A stretch of DNA of 63,898 bases, the filler included, from Bigelowiella natans CCMP2755 (Eukaryota > Protista > Cercozoa): NCBI GenBank assembly GCA_000320545.1. It is 5 parts of 5 records of this genome, joined end to end, with 100 filler letters (N's around TTAATTAATTAA, not from the genome) between each part and the next. Parts side by side here need not be neighbours in the genome. Positions count along the whole stretch, not along the records: positions 48,600 to 62,752 come from ADNK01001421.1; positions 62,853 to 63,898 come from ADNK01001635.1; 3 more parts are not named here. One strand, given 5' to 3'. Every line of letters begins with the position of its first letter. Position 1 is the first letter of the stretch. Under the pieces are notes generated by a model. It was not told where the DNA came from. It did not search any database and saw only the letters and a list, made by a program, of their open reading frames with translations. The position numbers were made by a program, and so were the translations under genes. Of the stretch, positions 53,583 to 63,898 are shown piece by piece.

Positions 53583-53955
53583 ACCTTTGGCTTCCACACA
53601 CGGGAAACGATTTGACTAACAATGTCACAGCAGCTAGAAGAACAGCAGGACTTTGGCTCGCAGGCCGTGCAAGGGCACGAGCAGAAACAGGAAAGGAAGG
53701 GCGATACGGACGCTAAGGAAGGAGGAGGAACACCTCCACAGTTTGCAGTGCTCCAGTGCCAGAGTGCACGGGATGCAACGCAGTGCCTCGAACTGGCTCC
53801 AGTGAGGACTGACTGGTGAAGACCAGCAGGATTTGGGTGGTGGCACACCAGCTGTCATGGAGCAGTGTGACTAGCAAGCTAGCAGCAATGTGGCGGCGAC
53901 GCAAAGCACACACGCACTGCTTTCTAGCTTTGAGCAGGAACTTCCTGAAGGCCAC

Positions 53956-53977
53956 GCTAGCTAGCTAGCTAGCTAGC
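53956..53977. repeat. (GCTA)n microsatellite; similar arrays at about 700-850, 6711-6722 and 21610-21621
   Basis: GCTAGCTAGCTAGCTAGCTAGC read directly. Confidence 0.9.
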
Positions 53978-54593
53978 ACGTCCAAGCGACGATTCACAAA
54001 GGGAACAATGAACAATGAACAATGATGATGAACTGCACTTCCAAAATGTTGCAAGGGAAAAAATGAACAATGAAACCATGAAACAACAATGAACAATGAC
54101 AACGCAAGACGATGAACCACATTTCTGCAATGAAACGAGACATAAAATGAGCATTGAAGAATGACAGCAAAACTTATTCATAATGAGAAATAAACATGTC
54201 GCGAATCACAAATCCTCGTAGTTTTGATCTTTTTCTTACGCAAGACGCCTAATGGATTTTTGAGAAGAAGTGAGTGTCAAAACATAGTCGCAGTGAATAT
54301 GTGTATGGCATTTTTTTAATATCTTCCTGCAGCAATAAAAAATCACTCTGAATAGCTGTAATACCCCCCTCTCGGAATTCTGCGGGGCAACAGAGCAATA
54401 CGTAAGTTTTTGATTTTATATAAACACATACTCACTTTTCAAATGTCAATATCGTTTAACTTATTCTATTAGATAGTTGTAGATATAAATTCGTTTAGAA
54501 CAATATTAATGTAGGTAACAAGGCTGACATAGTTGGCATCATTGTGTGTTTTAAGGATTGGCCGGTTGGTCGTCTTTGTCTTCATCGTCACAT

Positions 54594-56164
54594 ATGTACT
54601 CTCGTCAAAATGACGAGATGGACGACCTGAAATGTGGAGAAAAGCTGCTGATTGCTTCGCACCCTCTCCTGCGTCCAGTTCCTATGATGGCGACACAAAA
54701 TCCTGCAATCTTGCCCATTCATTGTTCATCAAGATCTCGGTGGTGGTGCACTCGTTTAGCCGTGGCTGCAATAAGCGTTTCTTTATTCTCCCTGATTGTC
54801 TCGCTCAATATTTTGGCTCCCCCTTCTCTATTAAATCAAGGTGATAAAAAAAGTACTACATCCGTGCTCCACTAATGTTTTTCTAACACGTGGTTATTAT
54901 CATCTATATAAGAGCCAGTCTCTTCTCTAACGTAGATTGAACCGATAACTCAGAGAGGATTACATGGATCTATACATAACATTGCCCTAAATATATGCAC
55001 ACGCAGCAGGAAAATTCCAATAAGAACACACGCACGCGCTCACACACCCTCACACGCACGCACGCACGCACGCACACTTTCTTTTTACCTAATCGTAATA
55101 CCTTGCCATACCCAGGTGTATACCGATCGATTCTTCCAACTTCGTTTGGTAGCAGTATACGCTACTCATTTCAGCACCACCACCAAAAAAGACCGTCGCA
55201 CACACCTTGGTCTTCTTTTGAAATCGGTAGCAGCTTGCGTAACCGTCCCCAGAGTCAGAAAATTCCCCCCATTTTAAGAGTAAGAAGCAGTGCAGGAGAG
55301 ACGCAGGACGATCAGCAGGGACAGGAGGCCTTTGCAGACAATTTCAACGCCGATTTTCCAGGAATGGATGAGCAGGTTGCTGCAGCAGCAGTACAGGAGA
55401 AGGATGATGGAGAGGAAGATTTATTCGCTGGTCCCTGGTTTGACGACGTCGACACAAACGCCCTCGCTGATGGCGATTTTATCCATGAGCTCACTAATGC
55501 CGATATAGACAAGCTCTTTGCAGAGGCTCAGGTGGAAGCACAAGATTCAGACCAAAAACGTAAGGAGATGCTCGAAAATGGTATGCAGTGGTGGGATGAA
55601 ACTGAGAGCGGGCCAGCCTCTGAAGGCAAGGTAATAAATGGTAGTAGCTACTAATAGAGAAGAAAGAGAATCTTTAAGATGATGATGGTGATGATGATAG
55701 TGGTGGTGGTGGTGGTTTTTGACTTGTTCCAGAAGTAAGTGATCACTGTAGAGGTAGAAAACTTATTGATGTGTCTTGTCTGCCTGTCTGCGTGCTGGGG
55801 GTTGTTGTTGTTTCAGGATGGACTATGGCCTGTGTTTGATGGGCCTGACAGCAGACAACCGGACTTTGCAGACCCAGTGCTGGACCGCATCGACGCGCGT
55901 CGGGAGCCGGAAAAGAAGATACGACATATCGCAGAAAAAGCCATCTTCCACGAAAATGAAACGTTTACCAAAGAAACAGTTGATTTCATGTGGAAGCAAA
56001 TGGAACCTGGTCGGTTGTTCGGACTGGAACCGGCGAATGAGGGCGATACTATACCTCCAGAGACGCGCCTCTTCTACTACCACCAGGGCAACGATACGCA
56101 AATCAAGACCAACGCTTCACAACTCTTTTTACATGTAATACGCCTGTCTGCGTCTCAACAAGGA

Positions 56165-56212
<48 letters not shown>

Positions 56213-57461
56213 AAAGAGTATACGAAGAATTATGATCCTACCATTTCTTGGTTATAACTTCCATAGTACGCGGATAGTTGATTAGTTTATTTGTTATTAT
56301 CATCTTATATTGTTATTCTTTCTGTAGGACACATGGGCATTGTTTGGACTCCACGGAGCTTTCCTTCCTCAGGATACGAAGCATATCGAGCACATCCAAG
56401 AGTGGGCACCCTACCTGTATAAGAATGGCATTCGTCCCGCAATCATCTCCACAAATGACGGCTATACCCTTCAAAGCTGGAAGGAGCAGTTGCAGATGGA
56501 TTCAAGGATTGAGGTTGTCTCTGATGCCGATGGTGAGCTTGCTGCATGTCTCGGTTTGCTCAATAACACTCCCCTTGGAATGCGCAACGACAGGTGAGCT
56601 GCTAATAGCATTTGAACAATAATTCACATGCTGCGTAATCTATCATTTTTCTCTGTCGATGAGATCCAGTACTTGAGAAGGAAAGGAGGGGGAAATTGAG
56701 AGAGAACAGGGAGCCAAATTCGAATATCTTAACATCACCATCACCACTACCTTCACGAGCAATCAGTAACATAAGCAGTGGAGCACCTACTATTTAGCAC
56801 AGTATAACCACATTCAATCAACTCTAATGCGTTGTGATCATCTTTCCCTTTTTCCCTCCTTAAGGTACGCGGTACTAGTTCACAACGGCACAATTTACCA
56901 CTTACGCTACGAAGACCCCAATGATGAGATTATGGAGACACTTCCTGGTCCCCTTGTTCAGACGTACAAGAAGCATGTCGTCAATATGATGAACCAGACG
57001 GCAGAGTTCCTGCAGGTCTTGACCGACTACAATGCCTTCATTAAGGCGTCGGAGAAGGAGAATTGGTACCAGTCTAAGGAGACGCAGAAGCAGAAGAAAC
57101 GCTATATGGAAATCAAACTAGCCGAAGAGGTAGTGGGTGATTTGCGGTGTAATCTATTGTAATGAGAGTACGTACTAGTGGAAAAGATATCGATTAGGGA
57201 GGGAGGAGCTAGTGGGGTTTGGGTTGTCCTGCATTATATTCATATCCTCGTGTCATTCAGGAGCTTCAAGGTGGGGGAAATATGAGAATGGTTAGTGACA
57301 AGAAAGATGAACAGAAACTTCCAGGATGGTCGCCGCCAAAGAAAGCAGAGGACAAAAACCCTCATGACACAATCTCGAGTGACAGACCGCCCAGGTTGCC
57401 GACAAAATATCAAGATATCTTAGAGCGATACCCCCATGATGACACAATGGACGACATGTAA
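54594..57461 (+). CDS. Type II (Prx5-like) peroxiredoxin-fold protein lacking the peroxidatic Cys, with a bipartite targeting-like leader and acidic linker
   Basis: Hydrophobic segment RLAVAAISVSLFSLIVSLNIL, then an S/R-rich segment and an acidic region. Prx5 core: WALFGLHGAFLPQDTKH...ISTNDGYTLQSW...VVSDADGELAACLGL...GMRNDR|YAVLVHNGTI. Confidence 0.75.
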
Positions 57462-58080
57462 ACAGTCTAAACATAGCTGTTTGTGAAAAGAGATTATGTG
57501 CAGTTCTGATAAATTTTATAATAGCCTATATAGCAACGTCTTTATATATTAATAATCCATACACAAATGATGATATGCTAGCATGCTAGCAGTAAAGTCA
57601 GCTAGGACTATACGCTTATAGCAGACATTATGTAGATGTACCTTATTTGTGTGCATCCACGCTGTCACTACGATTGCTACTCTAGCTAGCTAGTGACGTG
57701 CTGCGCATATGCACGCACAGCCACTCCAGCGCGCGACACTCTATGCTAGTACTGCTCCTGCTGTTGCACGCTACGACGCTGCAGGCTCTATGTGCGTGAT
57801 TTGTACGAATGTAGAATCTGCGTGTATGTGGAAAACCGCCGTCGAAGCGCAAATGCTGGTAGTATAATCTAGTACTGATGACCTTCCCGACATTGGCATG
57901 GCTCAGGCTCATTATCACAGCTGTGATGCGAGCATTGCGTTCCGTGATAAACAAATGTATTGCAGTTACATGGGAACATATCGTAGCGTATCTACGTCTA
58001 GACGTACTCATATCATGGCATACACATTATTCATTAATTGATTCCAAAGCTGTGCTCATTTATTCACATATTGCAGAGAC

Positions 58081-58573
58081 TCAGCTTTCAAATCCGTCGA
58101 CCACAATATCATCCGTTTGGTGTCTGAGGTCTCCAGAATAAACAGAAAGGTAAGAATCCGCTGCTCCGGCTGCGAGCATGATGCGGTTTGGATGGAAGCT
58201 AAGCGCGCTTACGGCTCCGATACGATGCTCGAGAAAGCCGATGTGATACTTGATGGTGTCCAGAGCTGATCCAGAGTCAATGTTGTAGAGCTGTATCTGC
58301 TGGTTCCTAGACCCGAGAGCGAGCAGGGGCGCGAAGTCGTGCACAGCGAAGGAGGAGAGAGGAATCTTCTCAGAATCCTTTATTGACCTACTACTGCTAC
58401 TCCCCGTAGCAGCAGCAGCAGCCTTGCTATCGGTGATGTTTGGATTGAAACTGCGTAGTTGAGTTCTGAGCTTGCGGAGATCATATGCTGCAACAGAGGA
58501 GTCACGATGTGCGATCATGAGTTGTCCGTTTGCGGTACCACCTCTTTGCAACCGGATGCTTACGACATCGGAA

Positions 58574-58610
<37 letters not shown>

Positions 58611-60239
58611 CTCCTCCCCCAACTTTCATGTAGAATGATGATTGCGACGAGGAAGATCTCTTCCTTCTCTCCCTCATCCGCAGATCTGCCATGAACGTTG
58701 CCCCCCCTATATGCCCCGTAAGCATTAAGGATCCCGATATATCTCTTTCCACACACGTTACTGCTTTTGCCACAGGATGACGATGATGATGATGATGATG
58801 CTGACGACGATAACTGCCAGCATCTCCATTGAAGCTTGTGTTAATACTGCCCAACGTGTTGCTACTATTATTACCGCTGCTGCTACTCCTAACACGATAT
58901 GATGGTGATGAGGAAGAAATAATAGAGCGCTGGTCATCTGGAGTGGGGACTTCGGCTACGCACAACCCCTTTTCTACATCCCAAACACGAAGATACGGAG
59001 CTAGTGGCGTTGTGGTGAGGAGGGTTCCTGCAGCTTGACTCCAGCGACATGAAATGCCTGGTACTGGCACTGAGGAGGAGGGGGGGGAAGAAGTGCTACT
59101 ACTGCCAAATAACCCTTCTTCCGTAGAACCTACTACTCCATTAGGAGGAGGAAAAGGAGAGGGAGGGTGCAGGAGTGAAGAAGATGATGCTGATGAGACC
59201 ATAGAAGAAATCGCTGGCTGGGAACGGACTGCACGCATCATTCGTCCTCTATTTCTTCTTGAAGAGGAGATGCTGCCAGCAGCAGCAGCAGTGGTAGTGG
59301 TAGCAGATAGGTGATGATGGTGATGATGAAGATGAAATTTGTGATCCCCTTGTTTCCGGGCTGGTGGTGTTGATGCTATCGGTGCTGCTGCTGCTGCTGC
59401 AGTAGCGGCTCTGGCGTCACTCGAGCCCCCCCCCGTTCTTGGTATATTCGACTGGTTGGTGTGGCCGTTGTGCTTTTGATTATGGTAGGGGGGTGGAGAA
59501 GAAACCGTGGGAGGTGCGGCACCCCGTACTTTGTTATGAATGTATTCACGGTTGTGGTAGAAAGACCTAGCTAGTAGTGGGGATTGTGACGTGGTAGCAA
59601 AGGAGCGAGGAGGAGGGGGAGATATCAAAATTCCTGAGACTGGGTCACGTGTCATGGCCATGTGCGAAAGACTGTAATGGTACCTGGATAGATGATGGGA
59701 GAGGTTGTGTGAGGAGGAGGAGGAGGAGGAGGAGGACAACGAGGAAAAGAAGGTTCTTCCCATCTATCTATCTATTTATTTCGAGAATTTATAGAAGATT
59801 CAGCACATACTAACAATTCAAGTTAATACGACGACGACTACTAGTACTACCGCTCTGGATACGGCCATCCGACGTGCACGTTGCTGTTTGCATTGGCAGT
59901 GAAGGCAGCTACCAAGTTACGCTCAGTAGGTTCCTGTAGTAGTAGTAGTAGTGTAGTAGTAGTAGTAGTAGTAGCAGTAGTACAACAATCAACAATATAG
60001 AAGAAGGTATAATATAGCAATAATAAAAACAACGCGACACGACAGCAGCAGCAGCAGCAGCAGCACACACAGTGAGAAGAATAGTAGCGATAGTAGTCGA
60101 GGAGTAGTCGGACTCTCAGCAGCTGCTGCTGCTGCTGTTTTCAATGGATGAATAATCACATTATTATCCAGTAACAACTCCTCCCCCTCCTCACAATATC
60201 GCACATGCATTTTGCATGCATGGACGCACTCACTAGATG

Positions 60240-60270
<31 letters not shown>

Positions 60271-60618
60271 GAGATGAAACAAGCATGATGTTTACTTCTA
60301 ACCCCACCACCATCGTCCTCATTATCTTCAGACCTTGCTACCACCCAATTATTATTTATTTCTATTGATTCTTCCTTTTCTTCTTCTTGCTGTAATCATC
60401 ATCATCTTGTTTATCACCTCAAATCTTCCCCATATCTTAACTTTTCCATCGCTGGATGCTACCAGGAGCATTGGATGGCGGCTTGAAGGGTTGATGAATC
60501 TAGTAGTAGTGGTAGTAGTAGTAGTAGTAGTAGTAGCAGCAGCAGTGTAGCAGGGGGTTATTATGATCAACGAGGACTGACCAACGAAGGCAGACGAAGA
60601 AGAGTAAAATTTAACATC

Positions 60619-60654
<36 letters not shown>

Positions 60655-60677
60655 GTGATGGTGATGGAACCGCCACT

Positions 60678-60712
<35 letters not shown>

Positions 60713-61105
60713 GCACATACTCCATGTGCTCGATTCGAGAGTTGCGGATATTGCGGTTTTTGAATCGGTTGACACTGGTTGCTGTCCTTTTCTTCCTCCC
60801 CTCAGAAGAATAGTCCCAGATCCCAATTGAGTCTCTTCCTCCTGCAGCAACCTGTTATTATTTAGTTTTTAATTCTACCAGCATGCATTCTTTGCTGTCC
60901 AATCATTAGTGTTTCTTGCTATCATATTTATGACTAGTAGATGCAGTAGTAGTAGCAGCAGCAGTAGAGTTGTTGTAAAGAGAAAATATTACCATTATTT
61001 ACTCATGATGTATGGTGCTACATGAAGCATGTAAACAGCATGCACGACTTAGCAACAAGATATAAATAGTATTCGTCTAGCATCAGCATCGTATGTACAC
61101 ACACA

Positions 61106-61161
<56 letters not shown>

Positions 61162-61195
61162 TATGAGGGCTAGCTTAGTAGTACAAATTCGCCAG

Positions 61196-61233
<38 letters not shown>

Positions 61234-61344
61234 CAGTACAAGGTAGGGTTCTGTAGGGTGGAAGAGGCAATGTGTCGTCATCGGCCAGTTTGCATTGAAA
61301 CACGCCATTTGAAAATAACCGCTTGATGGACGATATCTACAAAT

Positions 61345-61377
<33 letters not shown>

Positions 61378-61506
61378 TTGATGACGATGATCATGATCAT
61401 GATGATATGTTACTTCTGAAGAGTAATAGTACAACGACAATAACAACATGACTCACACGATAAGCCCATTATTACTGATGACTGATTGTCAATATATCTC
61501 TGCTGC

Positions 61507-61582
<76 letters not shown>

Positions 61583-61870
61583 CATTGCTCTTCCTAACCC
61601 TAATTTGACTCTTCTACTCAGTACCTTTTTATCATCTCGTATGATTTAGTTTCTAGTAGCTTCCTCATATGATGACCCATCATTCTCCCAACAGGCACCT
61701 TAAGAGCAACAACAACAACAACATGATGAAAAAGATACTTGCTTTTTAATACGCTTTCTTCATCCTCCTCCTCCCGTCCCCCCTCCCTTCTCCTCATTCT
61801 GAGCCTTCTCACCCACTCATCACTCGTACATGTTGTGTTTACATGCACATAATAGCATATTTATAAGCAT

Positions 61871-61916
<46 letters not shown>

Positions 61917-62752
61917 CGCGACCAGATCATCATCAGCTTCCGCCTTTGCTGTTGCTGCTGCTTTCTTCTTTCTCGACAACCCCCCCCCTCCTTTAGGATG
62001 ATGATGATGATGATGAGCAGCGTAATTGGCTGTGTCGTCGTCTCCGTCTTCAACGCGATTTTCCCCCTCCACATCATCATCATTATGGTCATCTTCTCCA
62101 TCATCATTAGCACTGCCACTCACCCTACTACTACTACCATCACCGTACTCGTCGGTGAAAGCATCACCGGCGGTGTCACGATATCGTGCATATTGCTGAT
62201 GAGTAGTTGGTTTTTTATTACTACTGCTAGTGGTATTATTACTAGCAGCAGCAATATATGGCTCAGCAGCACCTTGCTGCTCATCCTCCTTTATTGTTGT
62301 AAATTCTTCCCTCTGTCTGCTGCTAAATCCTTCTCCTCCTCCTGGTGCTGCTTTTCTTCTTCTTCTTCTTCTTCTTCTTATTCCTCGGTTTGCTCCATCA
62401 ACGTTGCCTCCCTCCTCCTCCTCTCCTTTCTTCTCCTCGTTGTTATCGTGTTCATGTAAAGTGTACTCAAAACCCACCAAAACCTCTTCTTCTCCTTCTC
62501 CTCCTCCTCCTCCTCCTCCTCCTCTCTCTCTCTCTCTCTCTCTCTCCTCTCTTGTTGATGGCAGCAAGTGGATAAGAGGAGGAGGAGGAGGAAGGAAAGT
62601 AGTAGTGGAGGTTCCTCCTCAACTGGCTGTGACAGACATAGTAATACATTGCCACCAAAAGAATCAAAAACAGCGACAGGGAGATTATGGAAGATTGGTG
62701 CCTGGTGTATGGCCGCATGATAAAAACGATTATAAGAATAAGAAGTTTTACC
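58081..62752 (-). CDS. RPTOR: Regulatory-associated protein of TOR (Raptor/KOG1), C-terminal WD40 region with low-complexity insertions (partial)
   Basis: The C-terminus FAVHDFAPLLALGSRNQQIQLY...TIKYHIGFLEHRIGAVSALSFHPNRIMLAAGAADSYLSVYS matches the characteristic Raptor end. Upstream exons include MLLVASSDGKVKIW, NLVAAF and CLFHPTEPYLV. Confidence 0.85.
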
Positions 62753-62852
62753 NNNNNNNNNNNNNNNNNNNNNNNNNNNNNNNNNNNNNNNNNNNNTTAA
62801 TTAATTAANNNNNNNNNNNNNNNNNNNNNNNNNNNNNNNNNNNNNNNNNNNN
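62753..62852. other. Artificial assembly spacer
   Basis: N44-TTAATTAATTAA-N44. Confidence 0.97.
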
Positions 62853-63285
62853 CAGTAACAGCTGTTGGCGGACAAGCACGATGAAATAGGTGCTAGTGAG
62901 GGAGGAGGAAAGGGGGGGGCGTAACGATCCAGATCGTAGTTCTCTGAGATCTGGTTGAAAGAAACGCCGTAATCATTATATCTGGTGGTGGTTGTTGTCA
63001 AGGGATGTAGTGGATACTTCATCGATGTTTTTTTTGTTTTCTTTTCTTCCCACTTTATCGATGGTGGATTCCCATGTGTGTGTGCGAGAGTCTGTATGTG
63101 ACTGATTGGGTTGCTCCTCCCCCTCCTCCTCCTCCTCATTCTCTTTGCAATCATCATCGCTCAGCTACAACCAATGGGGCGATTTGGCACCGCCGCATCA
63201 TCAACATCATCACCACCACCGGGAGGGCAAACTATCATCGTCGCGTACTCGGACAAGGGGCGGCTCGCAAAGCAAGGTGTACATA

Positions 63286-63328
<43 letters not shown>

Positions 63329-63898
63329 GTGCGCGTGTATTTATGCGCCTTTACACGCTCTATGACTCTCCATGATAGAATTGCAAAAAAATGAAGTATT
63401 GGTGAAACACTATCCTCAGCGCCCCCCCGCCCCCCCCGCACGCATTGCCGCCGACGAAATTGGCAAGGAGCCTCTCGGGGCATCGAGCATACGAGTAGAG
63501 AGGGGGGATGGGTCAGTCTCAAGCGTTCCATTGACCACATCGCCGACTCCCACCGGACGCTCAGGAGGTTTGAACGATGAATTGCGCAAAGCGGGGGGGA
63601 GGGGGGGGGGGGGTTGGTCATGGCCTTTTCTTTCACTTCCAAAATACATCTGGGTGGGGAACGAGGGGAGGGTGGAAAGGCGAACCAATTCACGCGCACC
63701 CGGGAGAGAGATCACGGTTATGGAATTTTCCTAAAAACTTTCTTCCAGATTTTTGAGAATTGATGGAGGGGTCTTTTCTATTCCGACCCCCCCCCCCCCC
63801 CACAATAGCACAATCATCTTACAGGTATATCTTGATGTACTCTCATGAAATACCCATGCTCCTATACTTGTCCCGTCCACCTCGTACATCAATCATGG

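Noticed and set aside
53588-53606. Assignment of the PBS-like TGGCTTCCACACACGGG to a specific tRNA
   Set aside because: It does not match a tRNA 3' end that I can recognise with confidence, and copy 1 diverges after TGGC.
59847-63734. Numerous short ORFs made of poly-L/S/M/Y/H or alternating dipeptides (also 26600-28300 and 44900-48500)
   Set aside because: Mostly translations of intronic microsatellites; only short embedded exons are credible.

Overview
Eukaryotic nuclear DNA with GT-AG introns. It consists of five contig pieces (1-15739, 15840-28318, 28419-48499, 48600-62752, 62853-63898) joined by artificial 100-bp N44-TTAATTAATTAA-N44 spacers. Signal-plus-transit-like leaders suggest an alga with a secondary plastid, possibly a chlorarachniophyte (inference). 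Recognisable genes: cathepsin L-like protease, dynein light chain LC8, meiotic MSH5, EngB/YihA GTPase, a C2H2 zinc-finger protein, a GT18/MGAT5-C-terminus-like membrane protein, an ELMO-like protein, MCTS1, RAD23, a Prx5-like protein lacking its catalytic Cys, and the 3' part of Raptor, plus several hypothetical genes. The most striking signal lies between genes. Repeat-like islands, mostly 3' of genes, have lost almost every TpA dinucleotide except inside CTAG: none outside CTAG over about 1.37 kb at 37824-39192, and none at all over about 520 bp at 21041-21562. Some islands are instead CC/GG-poor and CTAG-rich. Two identical, TpA-rich 326-bp LTR-like copies sit intact inside such islands, and a TIR element inside one has CA/TG flanks. 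Together these point to a localized, RIP-like but chemically different hypermutation (TpA to CpA/TpG) acting on transposon-derived DNA. This is a hypothesis from composition alone. Exon boundaries and counts were read by eye and are approximate.
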